From positions 37,760,001 to 37,824,000 of the forward strand of contig NC_045696.1 of the NCBI RefSeq assembly GCF_009834535.1: a DNA stretch of 64,000 bases, read 5' to 3'. The notes below the pieces were generated by a model. It was not told the DNA's origin. It worked only from the letters and a program-made list of their open reading frames with translations, and ran no database searches. Source of the stretch: Camelus ferus. Lineage: Eukaryota. The position numbers were made by a program, and so were the translations under genes. Shown one piece after another: positions 1-14,362 of this stretch (position 1 is the stretch's first letter; each line of letters opens with the position of its first letter).

Positions 1-289
1 AAAATTTCCAAATAATGCAATCTTGTACTTGAGGGCATGTTATGAAAATGGAATGAGATGCTAAGCAACTGATCCAACTAGGGATTGTGAGGCATTGTGG
101 CTGTGTTATAATTTATTAATGTTCAATATACATCTTGATCATCCCAGTCGCTAGGGCACTACCCTTTCAGAGTTCTGACTGAGAGCCTTGTGAATTTTTT
201 ATTCTCATCATTGAAAGACTGATGGCAATTTAGTTCTTCCCTTCAGAGGCTTTTTTTTTTTTCTTTTTCTTTTCTTGTTTTGTTTTTGA

Positions 290-830
290 TTTATTGATAA
301 ATTTTATTTTTTAGAGCAGTTTTAGGTTTACAGAAAAACTGAGCAAAAAGTATAGAAAGTTATCATACATTTCCCTTCCCCTCTGTGCACAGAATCACCT
401 ATTATTAACATCTTGCCTTAGTGTGATAATTTTTTTTATTATTGATGAATGAATTTTGATACATTGTTATTAACTAAAGTTCATAGCTTACATTAGGGTG
501 GACCCCTTGAACGGTACAGCTCTATGGGGTCTGATAAATGTATGATGTCATTTATCCACCACTATAGTATCATACAAAATAGTTTCATTGCCCTTTAATC
601 TCCTGTGTTCCACCTATTTCCCCCTCCTATCTTCTCTCTAAACTGATATTTTTACCATCACTACAGTTTTCCCTTTTCCAGATTATCATATAGTTGAAAT
701 CATACAGTACGTAGACTTTTCAAACTGATTTCTTTCACTTACAGATAATACAAAGTTTCCTCCATGTCTTTTTGTGGCTTGATAGCTCATTTCTTCTTCA
801 ATGAATGATAATTCCTGATGCTCTACATCT
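290..830 (-). mobile_element. Old L1 3' end (L1MC1-like)
   Basis: T-rich tail followed by 'tagagcagttttaggtttacagaaaaactgagc...' and 'catatagttgaaatcatacagta', typical of antisense L1MC 3' UTR. Confidence 0.75.
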
Positions 831-2319
831 TTGCCAACTAGGCTATTGTAAAACTGAAGTCAGTTAAGTTCAGGCAACATAGTTTCCCGTGACTTCTGGC
901 TCTGGGCATATATCAAAATGGCCCCACCCCACCACTCCCTTGCGGGAAGAGCAAGAGTTTTTTTTTTTTTCTAATCTTAATCCTGACAACCCGATGAGGG
1001 TCCTGAAGTTAAAGTTCACAAAAGTGTATTCCAACAACAAAGCTCAGCCTCAGGAGTTTTTATTTCACACCAGTCCACTTTCAGTCTCTGACCATTAGTC
1101 AGTTGCCCTTTAAGTGTTCCTACCATGCTCCGTTAGGTGACTTATGTTTTCAGTAAACTGTGATTCTCTGTTTTTGTTTTTTTGTTTGTTTGTTTTTTGG
1201 GTTTTTTTGGTCTCCTTTTTGGGGAGCAGTGGCTAGTCCTGTGACCTTTATTCCCTGATAGATTCAAGAAGAGTTGAGGGGTTTTAGTTTGGACAACTTT
1301 CTTCTTGTTTTTAGGATACAGTTGGAAAGTAAGGACTTCCATGCTCTTCACACACTTGACCTTCAGAGCTCTTTAACTCCTGCCTGATGAAGCTTCAAAT
1401 TATGGCAACTACTTCCAGGCAGAGGTTGGCCATGTCTTTCAGTCAGGCCACCATCCCTTTTGTTTCCTAAGCACTGAAAGAATTTTGTAATTTTAGGAGG
1501 TATTTGTCCTAACAGTTCAGTCTCCTCTGCAAATACAGAACTCAGTAAAGACCCATTGGGGAAATATGACTGTGTGTTTGAGGTCCTTTAATCTTCTAAT
1601 TTGTAACTTTAACCCCACAAGACCATTGAGAGCTGTCTTCATTTTTCTTTTAGAGGGCCAATCTCCTCTGATAGTTCAAAAACTACACACTGAAATGAGC
1701 AATTCCTCTATGAAAATAGTTTACTTATCACCAACATACGTCTGAGCAATTCAGTCCTCTGTGGAATTGATTCATCGCGTCCTCTTTGCTTTCTAACACC
1801 TTTACAAGATATATTTTTGTTATTTCCCCAGCATTTTTAGATTTGTTGCAGCAGGATCATTGACTTGCCGTGGCCCACTACATCTTACATAGAAGTCAAT
1901 TTTTCCTTTCTGCCTTTTTAAAAGCAATTTCCACTGGATGTACAAGCCAGAGTTGACATTTATTTCTTTTCATAATTTTAGAGTTGCCTTGTAATTGTCT
2001 TTTGGATTCTACCATTATTTTTAATGTACACTTCTTTTCTCTCTCACTGTATTTAAGACATTGTAACTTTCAGAAGTTTTCTTATGATGTCATTTTCCCT
2101 GAATTCATACCACTCAGGGTTTGCATGACTCTTGAATCTATGAGTTCCAGTTAATGTCTTACAGCAGTTTTTGAAAATTCTCAACCACTATCTCTCTAAA
2201 TATAACTTACATCCAATTCTTTCTATTTTGATCATGTAATTCCAGTTTTGCATGTGTGAGATTACTTTACTGTGTTCCAAATCTTTTATTTGTTTCTCTT
2301 TAATAAAAAAGAAAACTAG

Positions 2320-2813
2320 TGTATTAGTTTCCTAGTGTGGCTGTAATAAAGTACCACAAAATAGGTAGCTTAAGACAACAGACAATTATTCTCTAAAGTC
2401 TTGAAAGCTAAAAGTCTGAAATCAAGATGTCAGCAGGGCTGATTCCTCCTGAGAGTCCTGAGAGAGAATCTGTTCCATTCTTATTTCCTGTCACCTTCTG
2501 GCGACAGCTGGCAATCACTGGCTTGTACATACCTCACTCCAACCTCTGCTTCCATCTTTACATGACATTCTCCTTGTATCTCTCTGTCTTCATGTAGCTG
2601 TCTTCCTCTGTGCCTCTCTTCTCTTCTTATAAGGACACCAGTCATATTGGATTAAGGGCTCACTCTACCACTCAGTGAGCTCATCTTAACCAATCATACC
2701 TGCAATAATTCTATTTCTAAGTAAGGTCACATTCTGAGGTACTGGGGGTTGAGGCTCCAACACATCTTTTGATTGGGGGAGGGAGGTGGAGGGTTACAAT
2801 TCAACCTGTAACA
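2320..2813 (-). mobile_element. MaLR solo LTR (MLT1B/C-like)
   Basis: Begins 'tgtattagtttcct', contains 'aaggacaccagtcatattggattaagg' and 'aaggtcacattctgaggtactggggg', ends 'caattcaacctgtaaca'. Confidence 0.85.
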
Positions 2814-3149
2814 CAGAGCTTCACTTTGCATATTTTCCCTTGACCTTGTCTTCCAGTTGAGTAATTCTTCCAACTGCTCTTTAAATCTTTTAATTGTAGT
2901 TCTGGAAGTTACATTTGATTTTTAAAAACTAGATTCTAATTTTTGATGACATACTCCATACATTTATTAATATTCTCCCTTTTTAAAAATATTTTGACAC
3001 ATTTATTTTAAAAATTCCTGTTTACTCACTTCACTGTACCTAGATTATATTTATTGTCTGTTTCCTCTCAGTTTTGGTTTTGTATCATGCTATGCCTTAT
3101 GTTCTTAGGGATTTTTAATAAAATCCATGACACTGTGAAACTATTTTAG

Positions 3150-3841
3150 AGTCTCTCTTAGGATGGCTTCTCTAGAAATAAACCCCAAACAGAGTGCTTG
3201 TCAAGAAAATTTCACAATGGAAGCAATGAAGCAGGATCAAAAAGAGGTAGCTGAGCAGCTATGTGGCTTCTAGTGATGTCTGACCTGGCCTTTTCAGGTT
3301 TTGGGGGGCGATTTTTGAGGGGGGGGTAATTAGGTTTGTTTATTTGTTTATTTATTTATTTAATGGAGGTACTGGGGATTGAACCCAGGACCTTGTGCAT
3401 GCTAGGCACGCTCTCTACCACTGAGCTATACCTTTCCCCATTTTTTTTTTTTTTTTTTTTTTTTTGGTGTGGGGAAGTAATTAGATTTATTTATTTACTT
3501 CTGGAGGAGGTACTGGGGATTGAACCCAGGACCTCATGCATGCTACGCACACACTCTACCTCTTGAGCTATACCCTCCCCCAACCTGGTCTTGATCCATA
3601 GAGGAGGGTCTCAGAAGTACACACAGAACCATACGCTTGGATCCATTTGAGGAAAGAAGCCTTCTTTTGTGCCCCTATGTAAGACAATTGCTTTTCCCAG
3701 AAAAGGAATTTTAATTATCCAAGGGAAATGTTTGGCAAAGTGGGATTTCCATTCACTAGTAGCAAATAATCCTAACATCAGCAGGAGATGTGGATATTCA
3801 TTTGTTAAGGACAGTGTGACACCAAAATGTCATCTGTTACA
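3150..3841. mobile_element. Ancient ERVL-class solo LTR interrupted by the SINE pair
   Basis: LTR-like start 'cttaggatggcttctctagaaataaacccc' and end 'catctgttaca'; family not resolved. Confidence 0.4.
3293..3581 (-). mobile_element. Tandem pair of tRNA-Ala-derived SINEs (camelid Vic-1-like)
   Basis: Minus strand has two heads close to tRNA-Ala(AGC), e.g. GGTATAGCTCAGTGGTAGAG...GGTCCTGGGTTCAATCCCCAGTACCTCCA. Each is followed by (TAAA)n-CTAATTAC. An A-tract (3441-3465) separates them. Flanks acctggcctt (3283-3292) and acctggtctt (3583-3592). Confidence 0.92.
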
Positions 3842-5199
3842 GAGACTAAAGTCTATTATTATCAATTAAAGACAGTTCACACATTCCTCTGCAAGATGGA
3901 CAAATTGGGGTCAATTCAGCTCCAGGATTTAACTGAGTTGACTTTGAATTGTAGTTCTGAAAAGTCTGTGTCCCTCTAGTTTGTCTTCTTCCTGGTGCCT
4001 AAATCTCCAAATATTTCACTTTGGAGTTTTATATGCTTAGTAAGGCCTCACCTCTTTGTGTAATCCTGAATTTAAATCTTTGTCTCAATATAGTCACACT
4101 TTAGAAAACTCCACTCTACTTCTGAAAGTCTTAGGTGAAAGCTTTTATCTCCAAGCTACATTGTATCAGGATTTGGCAAATATCTTAAGGAGGACTTGTA
4201 ACACTGTATACAGGAGGCCTCTAAAGTTTCCCTTAATTTCCTCTCTAGCCCATGAGATCAAAAAGAGCCCTGAATATTTTGATTCCCCCACAGTAGTTCT
4301 ACTCCACCCAAGTAAATCCACATTTTAAGCTTCATGATAAACACTAGTATCACCAGACCTCCCTGGGAAAAAAAATGTGGCCACAGAATGTCAGCTTATC
4401 ACTCCATGGTTCTACATCACCAGAAACCTAACTTCTCTCATCCTCTTCATTTATGATGTCTTTATTTTACTTTTCTAGTTCATGAGAGAAATATTGGTCT
4501 GCACCAAATTACTCCAACCTATCCAGAAGCAAAAGTTGAAGATTTTTAAATTCTCTGCAAAATGAAAGTTATTGTGCTAGTTATATTTCCTGTATCATTT
4601 TTTTTACCATAGCATAAGACAAATCAAATAGATAGCAAAATATCAATACTGTGGAGCTTCAAAGAGTAGAGATTAATTCTTAATTATGGGAAATGAAAGA
4701 TAACAAATAAAAAGTAACTTCTATTCAAGAATTTATAGATTTGAAAATATGTTAATAAAGGTAAAAGTAAACACTCTAAAAAGGATAGTAGAAGCAAAAC
4801 AGTAAAGGTAGACATACAGGATAGGGATTTAAATTATGAATTGGCTGCAATAAAAGATAAAGATGTGAAATTTGGTGGTGACAAATTATGGAAGGATTAG
4901 ACTAGCAGCAATAGTTTAAACATTTTAGATAGATAAAGGTTTGCTGAACATTTTGCAATAATTCTTAAATAGTCAGTACATTCTAAAGTTATCCTATAGA
5001 AAATTAACCAGCTCTAAATACTCAAGTAGGTTAGGAAATGATTACAATATCCTTGATAATCATTAAGGAAGTCTAGAAAATTAGAAAAAGATATGAAATA
5101 TCCAATTGAATCTGTAGACAGAAGAAATTTTAATTGCTTAGCCAATGTTTATATAAAAAACAGAACCAATATTATCCTACTCAAATTTTTCTAATTCCA

Positions 5200-5649
5200 T
5201 ATAGCAGATTGCTAATGTCCCCCTAAAATGCCCTTCCCTTTACCTGTGATAATAGTGAACTGGCTGGGCATGTAGCCACCCAGCTCAAAACTATTCTTGG
5301 TCTTTCACATAGCTTTATGTGGCCATTTGACTAAGATCTAATCAACAGAATGTAAGAGTAAGTGATTCTTCAACTTTCTTGGACTCTTGCTTAAAAGGAA
5401 ATGGCCTGCCCCGGACTTTCACAATTTCTTCTTTCCTACAGACTGAACAGCCGACATGATGGTCATCCCTGCTCAATCCTGCAAAGGAAGAACCTCTCCC
5501 ACTCCAGCATGAATGATCATGCTGAGCAGAGCTTCCCTGTTAGCTTAGACGACCCACTTCCTGACTTCCACATGGGAGTCAAGTAAGATTGTGTCTTGTC
5601 TAAGCCAGGGGCTCTTTATAAAGCAGAGTAGCCTGTACTCTCAAATACA
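5200..5649 (+). mobile_element. ERVL-class solo LTR (LTR33/LTR16-like)
   Basis: Motif 'tgtggccatttgactaagatctaatcaacagaatgtaagagtaagtgat'; ends 'ctcaaataca'. Confidence 0.6.
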
Positions 5650-5693
5650 TAGGGTAACTGTAGGAAAAGGATGTTCCCATTAACAGAAAATGC

Positions 5694-6070
5694 TGTTGGA
5701 GGAGGTCAACAAGAAGACCTGACCATAGAGCTGGATCCTGGCAATTGGAAGCTCTCACCCCTTCCTCTGTCTTTCGAATGAGCACAGTGCTTGCCTTCCC
5801 AGTTCCCAGAAGCTGCCCAAAGGATACAGCCCTGACACAGAAATGTGGTGATGAGACTATCTGGCCTTAATACTTGACTGAACCTAGTTATGTCCTCTTC
5901 ATAAATTGATGATTCTGGTAGATGGGTGCAGAGACCTACTTATCTTGAGGCAACCCAAGACAAGCCCCTTTTTTATATATTAAAACTATCACTTATCTAT
6001 CTGGAATGGTCTGTCTCTTTATTCAGTCTCTTTTTGTCCTCAGTATACGGAGACAGCTTGTGAACCAACA
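5694..6070 (+). mobile_element. ERV solo LTR, probably lineage-restricted
   Basis: Inverted termini TGTTGG...CCAACA, ATTAAA near 5979 followed by a pyrimidine-rich U5-like segment; no clear TSD. Confidence 0.6.
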
Positions 6071-8174
6071 AGACGTAACAGATAAATTCGAGAAGGCTGG
6101 CAGGTAATAAAGGGAGGGGGTTAAGAAATGGAATTCACATCTCAGGTCTGAAGACTGGTTTATATGTACATGCAAAAACTCAGGAAAAAAAAAATAGTTA
6201 CCAGATAATTAATGAGAATGAGAGAATCATCGAGAAAATTGGAATACAATGTAAAATGCAAATAGAGAAGCCAAATTCAATAAATACTAATTCTATGTTT
6301 ATCCATACAATTCATTTTAAATTTTAGCAATTCATGTTATTGAGACTAAACCACTTAGCCTCAGCAGTAGCAAGTAGAAAGAAAAATTGTAATCTTTTTT
6401 TCAACTAATTAAAAACATGTTAATGATGTATTATTTTCATTTGCTTATTCATTGATTTCTTTGGTTTTCTTAAGCCCAAAGGGCATTTTTTGAAACAAAT
6501 ATTTTACCTTGGCCTTATGATGGTTATATTTCAAAACAGAAATATAAACATTCATTATGTATGAGAAACAGTGTTTCTTTATATTTATGACTAATTAATG
6601 TCATTTTATTAATATTTGTCATATAGCACAACAGAAATCACCAGAAATATTAATGATTTAATCTCTTTTAAGACATTCAAAATATTTCTCTTTGTCCTAC
6701 AAATATATTTGAAAATCTGAACTTTTCTGAAAGATTATCTCATAAAACATATGCCAATTTTTATATTATAAAAAGCATTATATCCCACAATAGGCAAAAA
6801 GAGTACAATTCCCAAGAGGTATATTATTTAAAAATGGTTGGATCTGTTACTGAAAAAAGCCATTTAAGAATTATAGATAAGAATGTCTTCTGCTAGCATT
6901 GACAAGCAGAATGAATTACAAGCAGAATCATCCCACAGGCCTGAAAGATAAAATTGTTTAAAAATAATCTATAAGATAAAACCTTCATCATTATCTGTTT
7001 GAAACAGAACTGCAGTTTATATGTTGGAAAACATTGTCTAAGGTATATACTAAATGTTATTGTATACCTAATATTAAACATTCAAGTTGGTCATGTTAAT
7101 GTAAATGGATTTAAAAAATGAAACAAATATGTGAATACCTTGAGGCAAAAATTATCCTTTTATGCATTGCATGTTCCTGGTTGTGAAAAAAAAAAAACCC
7201 TCACTTTTATTTTTTATCAACCCTAAAAAATTCAGTTATCAGAATACTATTTTTTAAGAGTTCATCCAATTAATTATGTCTGGAGGGAACACTAGAGCAG
7301 TGGTATAATAGGGACAGTTCTTCCCCAGAGAATGCAGTTTCTTTGGATGACATCCTTGTAGATGACTTTTGCTTAAAGTATTGGACCCTCACTCCTCTAT
7401 GAAATAATTATGGAAACCCCAAGAGAAACAAAGAGTGGTGTGATTATAGAGGTCAATGGCAGACCCATTATTGTCAAGACTTACTCAAACTTAAAATATT
7501 CTAGTGTTTTTGAAAATATATCAACTGATTTTCAGAAAAATGAATAAAAAATCTCATACTTTCTATATAGTTTTATCAACCTGTGCCAACATCTTAGGAT
7601 TTATGTTATAGAATGACAAAGTTTACAGCTGAAAGGAACCTAACATCGTATTAATTTGCTTTATAAAATTATATTGCCTTGAATTACAGTGACACAGAAA
7701 ATATTTATCATAATTGCTTAAAGGACTTAGCTCTACATAAAATTAATCAGTACATTGTATATAGTGAATTTTTATAGGTAAATAAATTAGCTGGATAATA
7801 ATATTCTTTAGGAAATCAAGATCTTCACAAGAAGAATATGATTTTAAGGATACTTATCAACATACATTTTTAGTATTTCTTGCTAAGAAGTCAGTGTGAG
7901 AAACTTGGTGAATAAATAATTAATGTAAAGTAAAATTTAGTATGAGCTCATTTAAAACAATGATTAAAAAAAATCATCCAATATTAAGTCAACAAGTATT
8001 TAAATTATTCAATGATAAGATTATATATCTACCAACTACCAAGTATAATGCTATAATAACTAATTGCCAAGGAGAAAAATTATCTAGTAGTCATCATTTT
8101 CTTTGAAAGCTGCTCAATTTTTCACAAATTATACAACTGAAAACAAAAACATAGGAATTATTTTTTATGGAATA

Positions 8175-8290
8175 GATTACAATGGTTTCATAGATTTGTA
8201 CTTATTTCCAAACTCATCAAGTTGTATACATTAGATATGTACAGATTTTTGTGTCAATTGTAGCTGAACAAAATGGTTTTTTAAAAAAGC
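8175..8290 (+). mobile_element. Old L1 extreme 3' end fragment
   Basis: 'aaactcatcaagttgtatacattagatatgtacagatttttgtgtcaatt'. Confidence 0.6.
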
Positions 8291-9557
8291 TGGTGGTGTT
8301 AGAAGCAGTTAACTCTCTCCACACACTTACAGACCTATTTTATTCACTAATAAAAGATTATTTAGAATCATAGAAAAGGAAACATATTTGAAACCTGATG
8401 TAAATATCTTCCTCTACATTGCCCAACTTTTGAACAGTTTGAGTATCCTGCAAATTTTGAGACACCATTTCTACATGTCTCTGTGTACATTTTAGTCCTT
8501 CTCTCAGCAAACTGAAGTTTCAATAAAATAGGGAGTAAAATATCTGGTAAATGTTACTTTAAAGAAATGATACATCTTGGCAAATAGCATTTATTGAGGT
8601 ATCAGATTCATATTACTACTTTAAATTTAGTTTATCTCCATTCTCAAGTTTTCAATAATTTTCTCCTTGAGTAAAGTTAGGACATTTAACAGAGACAGAA
8701 AAAATACATATTTATAAGTTATTAAAATATATACATCAAAATGCTTTCATAAGCATTATAGTACAAAAATAGTATAGGAACATTTAACTACAGTAAAATT
8801 CACAAATATATTCTAAGAAACAATTAGACATAGAAAGCTCAGAAGTTATGAATCCTAATATTGCCACCTTATATGAGAGTGTGATAAAAAAAAAACACTC
8901 CATTTTGATTTAGAATAAGTAAATTGTCATATAGAAAATATTGGTACCAGATTTTTGTTTAAATAATCACTGGTTACTGTGAAGTATTTTTACTTTCTAA
9001 CTAGAATACTTCATAATTTTAGTCAGACATTTCCTCTAAGGATTTAATTTTCTGTGTATTTATATTAAATATAAAAATTATTAATATTGATGTTAATTAG
9101 ATATAATGAAATAATGAAACTGCCCCTGGAAAAGTTAGGAAAGATAATAATAAAAAATGTATATATGACCTTACCACAGTCTTAACAAGTCTGAACTATA
9201 AATAAAAAGTGTCATAAATATCTGTCTGTATTTATGAGAACACAAGTTTATGAAAAATTGCTTATTCTTTGCATTTTAAATTGTAATGTGATTTCTCTAT
9301 TAAACATGATATCATGAAATGATCTTGCTTAAAATATACTTATACATTGTTATTTTAATACTTATTTAGTAAATAGCAAAATGGATTCAATTAATTCTAT
9401 TTTGATTCATAGGTTTTATCAAGTTTTCATTGTTACTAAAAAGTATTATCACCACAGCTAAATTATGACTACTTGTTTCCATTCTTTGCTGTCCTCTTAG
9501 GATGTTAGACTTAAGCAAGGATTGTAGTTTACATGGGTAGAATTATGCTGTTTTTAT

Positions 9558-9640
9558 GGTGTGTGCATGCCTGAGTGCATGTGTATGTATGTGATATGTA
9601 TGTGTGTGAGAGAGACAGACACAGAAACAGAGACAGAAGG
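9558..9640. repeat. Degenerate (TG)n/(GA)n microsatellite
   Basis: Directly visible. Confidence 0.8.
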
Positions 9641-12600
9641 AGAAAGATATTAGTTATTTAACTTGGGTTCAAAATCATCTGTCTAAAATATGTTTCCTTT
9701 AAAATCTTATTGTATGAAATGGGGTTAAGTTAGTGACCATTAAGTTTGTGGAAACAGAAGTTTTCTTTAAGAGAAAATATTTGATTTGTGGGGAGACAGA
9801 ATGCAGATTGTTTAAAATATATTTCAGGCATTTATGATCAATAGTTTTTCAAAAATTATCTTGTGCTGTAATTTTCTTAGTAAAGTAGTCTTGTGGTCAT
9901 GGAATCTTTCTTTGTAAACAAGTGCATTAAAATATGCTGCCTTTGTAGGCTCATGAACAATTATAGGGTTAATGGCAGTAATTATTTTAAAACAAAGAAC
10001 TGGTATTTATTACGCTCCATACATGATATACGCTGTATCTTAATAAATTCTACTGCATATTAAAAGAAAAAGTGATACACTTGTAAGTTAATTCTGTTTA
10101 TTAAAAATTTGTAATGGGTTATTATGTTGTTACATAAGTGTTATGTTTGTTTATATTTGTTATTCTGTAGTTATGGTTCTTTTATTATACCTTATAAATT
10201 TTTATAATTTTCCATATGTAAAAGAATCCTTCTATATTCTCTCCAAAATCTGAGCATTTGTTTAAGCCCATTAAAAATAAATAAATATTTCATCCAATTA
10301 CTCATTATTTATTTGAATGTCTTTGAAAGTATCTGCTGTACTTCCAAATACTAGAAAGGACACACAGTTTGTAGATGCATGGAGGGAGCAATAGGAAACT
10401 GAACTTGTTTTGTGCTTCCAGCTCAAAAATTAAATGCCAAAATGAACAAAAAATGTCACAAATGGGATGCTGATTATCAGGAATCAGCTGGCATGTCCAG
10501 CAACCTCACAGGGTATTTCACTGATAGGCAAATCTATGAGGACTGCTTTCAGAATCAGCCATTCCTTTCAGTAGCAGGGTCCTGAGACATTTTGAACTTC
10601 TGACTTAAAAGGCAATGAAATTTCATACAGCAGGAAGAGCACTAAATCATTTGTAAAGATAGCTGAAGTCAAGTTTCAGCTTTGGTCCACATTAGCTTTA
10701 TGATACTGGCCTCAATTCATGCTATTTTGTAGTAACTAAACTGATACATCAAACAGAAACTAGCAAGTCTATTACTTTTGATAATATAACAGATGTGGAA
10801 TTTTTAAATCTTATCATTTACAAGTGTTATCATTTAATTTTTTTTTTCTGTTTGTATATAGGTATACCTTGAATCTGTTTATTTCACAGTGTCATTGCAT
10901 TCTGTCAAAGAAATTAGTGAAATCTACAATAATACTACAAAATTAAAAGCTATTGTTACTCTGTATTGCCAGACATCAAAGTTCTTCCAAATTTTAAGAA
11001 GATAATTCTCATGAATCTACGGATATATGATGTAATTAAAACGATTTTTGGTGGTTTATTCATTAAGTGCCATCATCAATTAGATTAATCATTCATTGTC
11101 TAACGTGTCACTGTGTAATGGAAGAAATCACCATTTAATTTTTAATTGATGTTTATGATTTTGATATGATGTAAAGTAGGAAGTTCTATGTGCTTGAAAT
11201 ATTTCTGACAAAACACCATTAATAGCATTAACTTTTATATCATTTTTATATTTAAGTGCTTTTCTGCACGTTGCAAAAAAACTTTCCCCATCAGTTATCT
11301 GTTATATAGGTTGTACTAACTTTAAGTAGATTTAAGACATCCACCCTTCCAATGATGCAAAAGAAAGTTCTGCATGATTATTTGTAAAACGTTTGAGTGA
11401 ATGCTTTTTGTATATTTATCCTTACTCTATAAATACAGAACCTGTAAAATACATTTTAAAACAAGTTGAAAGTACAAAATTAGCAAATTAAGATCTGAGA
11501 CTCAAATAAAATGTTACAAAAAACTGTACTATGTATCCCCTTCAGAGATATGAAATCCGAATGGATTTTACCCATTTTTCCTTCCTCTATAACTCCTTAA
11601 ACATCATTATTCTATTACTATTTCATTGTATTTTGTTAAAATATTTGTTTCATTTTAACTGATCTAAAAAAATCAAAAGCTACCTTTGACCACTTTCACA
11701 CAATGTATCTGCCCTGAACCAAATTCATTTTTAAATTGATTTTTAAAAGACACTGCATACATCAAATTCCAAACTCTAAAATGTATCCATTGTCATATAT
11801 TAGAGGGGACAAGAAACTAAAAATTTGCTTCAGCTATACAAATGGTTCTGAGTAATAGTTTGCTTCATTAAATATATTCTACTGGCTCAATATTAATTAA
11901 TACATGCCAAATGCTAAGCATTTTATTTTGACTTTCAAATTAAAAAGGCAAATATATTTTTATTAAATTTTGCCATAAATCAGTAAGAAAATCATAACCT
12001 TTAGAAAAATTGGCAACACAGAAACAAACAACACGCAAAATTATTTGAACTTCTTAGCTATTCAAATAAAAATAATTTATACGTGCAATGCTGATTTTTG
12101 TTATATATGTATGTATGTACATAAAATACATATAAGTACATACCTATGTAACTATAATATATGCAAATTTTTTATTTTTCATAATTTAAATTATAACGCA
12201 AAATACTAATAATTAAACAATTTGGTTCTTATTATGTCTTTTTTTCCAACAGTTTTTAAAAAAATTTTCCTCAAAGCTCAAATGCTAGAATGTTTTTGCA
12301 TGTATATCTGGCAGTACAGCAATAGGGCTCTTAAGCGCCATTTTCTTTAAAATTAATAAAACAAAATAAGTGGAAAAACCTCTGTGTGCTGAAGTGTGAA
12401 GCAATAAGAAACGCCTCCACTTCTTCATAGTATCATTTATCTTTGTTAAACTCCAAGCCAAAGTTGAGGCAGATGTAAAAGTCTGAGCCTTTCTTTGGTT
12501 AAACAAAACCATAGTTATTCCAAAAAATTTACTGTTCTTCACAATAATTTTTAACAATAATATCTGTCTTCTGGATGGGAAGAGATACAAATCTCAGAAA

Positions 12601-13274
12601 AATTTCATCTTAAATTGTAATTTGTTTCACATTTAGTGTCCATTTTCTGACAATTTATAAATTGTTAAAACTCTCTGGTTAAACCCTGAATAAAATATAA
12701 GATAAAACATACAAAATTGTGCTTCTTTCTGAAATCATTTAAGTTCCCATGTTATGATTTAAAAGTTCATTTTAACTCATATGTCAGCCTAAGAAAGAAT
12801 TTCAGAATACTGATGACTAAATTCACACTAAAGAATCCAGTGGTATACTTACGTATATTTGTTAACACATGTCTCTTTTTGTTTGGAGGATCATCTATCT
12901 ATTTTATGTTCTTATCAGAAAGGTAGAAAATTGTACATGAGAAAATTCCATTTGTTATAAACAAGTCATTTTATATTGTATTTTAAAATTCTTACAGAAG
13001 ATACTTAGCAAAATATACAAGACACAATTTGCTACTTAGATTGGAAGACAGTCTTAAAATTGAGGAAAACATCCTTTTCTCCATAATCTGAAAAGATATG
13101 AATAATTTAATCCCATAATCATCATGACAGTATCAAAGAATTATTTAAACCTTGTACTACCCTATTTTACAATGAAGTAAATTCAGTTACTGGCCCTAAG
13201 CTCCCTGCGCTTAAATTTATCCTTTGCTTAGACAAGAGGAGAATCACTTTTTAAAGATTTCATTATGGATGTGA

Positions 13275-13445
13275 TAAATAGATGGTGCACAGATCATTTT
13301 TAGGGCAGTGAAAATACTCTGTATGATACTACAGCAATGAATATATGTCATTATACATTTGTCCAAACCCGTAGAATGTATAACACTAGGAGTGATCCTT
13401 AAAGTAAACTATGGACTTCAGGTGATTACGGTGTGTCAGTGGCAT
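13275..13445 (+). mobile_element. L1MC1-like 3' UTR fragment
   Basis: 'tttttagggcagtgaaaatactctgtatgatact...catttgtccaaacccgtagaatgtataacac...taaactatggactt'. Confidence 0.75.
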
Positions 13446-14308
13446 GTGTTTCATCTCAAAGGAAGACACAGAAACAGTTGTTATGCTATAAGTTCATCAA
13501 TGCTTCATACTGGCGAACATTCATATCAATTACTGGACAATTACTAACATGATACTGTGGTATCATCATAAATACAAACTCCTGAAGTATCTTCAATTAT
13601 TCCGAACAGTTAAGTAAAATCTTTGTCGATTAGCATAGTACCCCTACAGAACTATGTGTGAGAGGTGGAGACTAATGGGTTCCAAGCAAAGCAGTCTTAT
13701 TAGATTAAGAATTCCTATGAATGCAATATCACTAAATGCCCTTCAGGGTATAGTCTGTGGTATGAAGGGCACCTGAGCACCAGAACATAGCCACTCTCTT
13801 TGACAGGAAACAAGTAAACACAGCAGGCCTGAAACTCTCATTGCAGACATAATGTCTGCATCCTATGGTTTTTTTCTCTTTTTTAGTGCAGAATGGCATA
13901 TTTGAATCTTTAGCAAGCTCCTAACAGTGTGTCAATTTGGTAACAGTGAAAGCTTTCCATAAAGAAGTATCTATCAAAAAGGTCCCCAATACATTTGCTA
14001 ATAAGGACAAAAATGCCTACCAGTGATTACATTAACCCATTGTCATATGATAGAATTTTAGAAGCATCATTCAAATAACACTGGGAGTGATTTATTAATA
14101 TTTTTAAATTAATTTTCTTTCAAGGAGAATCAAAATCACTTTAAATATATCAAAGTGGTTTTTTTGCTATTTCCAATTAATATTTTAAGATCCTATGAGG
14201 ATGGATATCATAATCATATTGCTGCTATAAAAGCAACACTTACTAGCTATCCCAGAAATGAATATGCTTTAAAAAATCAAGATAACTTTTCAAAATTCAA
14301 ATAATCAT

Positions 14309-14331
14309 TTATTCAAGAAGTCTCCCTCTCT

Positions 14332-14362
<31 letters not shown>

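Larger units (their letters stand above)
850..4480 (-). mobile_element. Highly diverged L1M/L1ME 5'UTR-ORF1-region remnants, interrupted by LTRs and SINEs
   Basis: T-rich + strand with antisense L1 motifs such as 'tttgaaaattctcaaccactatctctctaaatata'; boundaries are fuzzy. Confidence 0.45.

Noticed and set aside
3364..3439. tRNA-Ala(AGC) gene
   Set aside because: It has a SINE tail, a tandem partner and a TSD, and the acceptor and anticodon arms are altered; it is a SINE head
12285..12590. 101-aa minus-strand ORF
   Set aside because: Non-ATG start, no recognisable domain, composition typical of chance AT-rich ORFs
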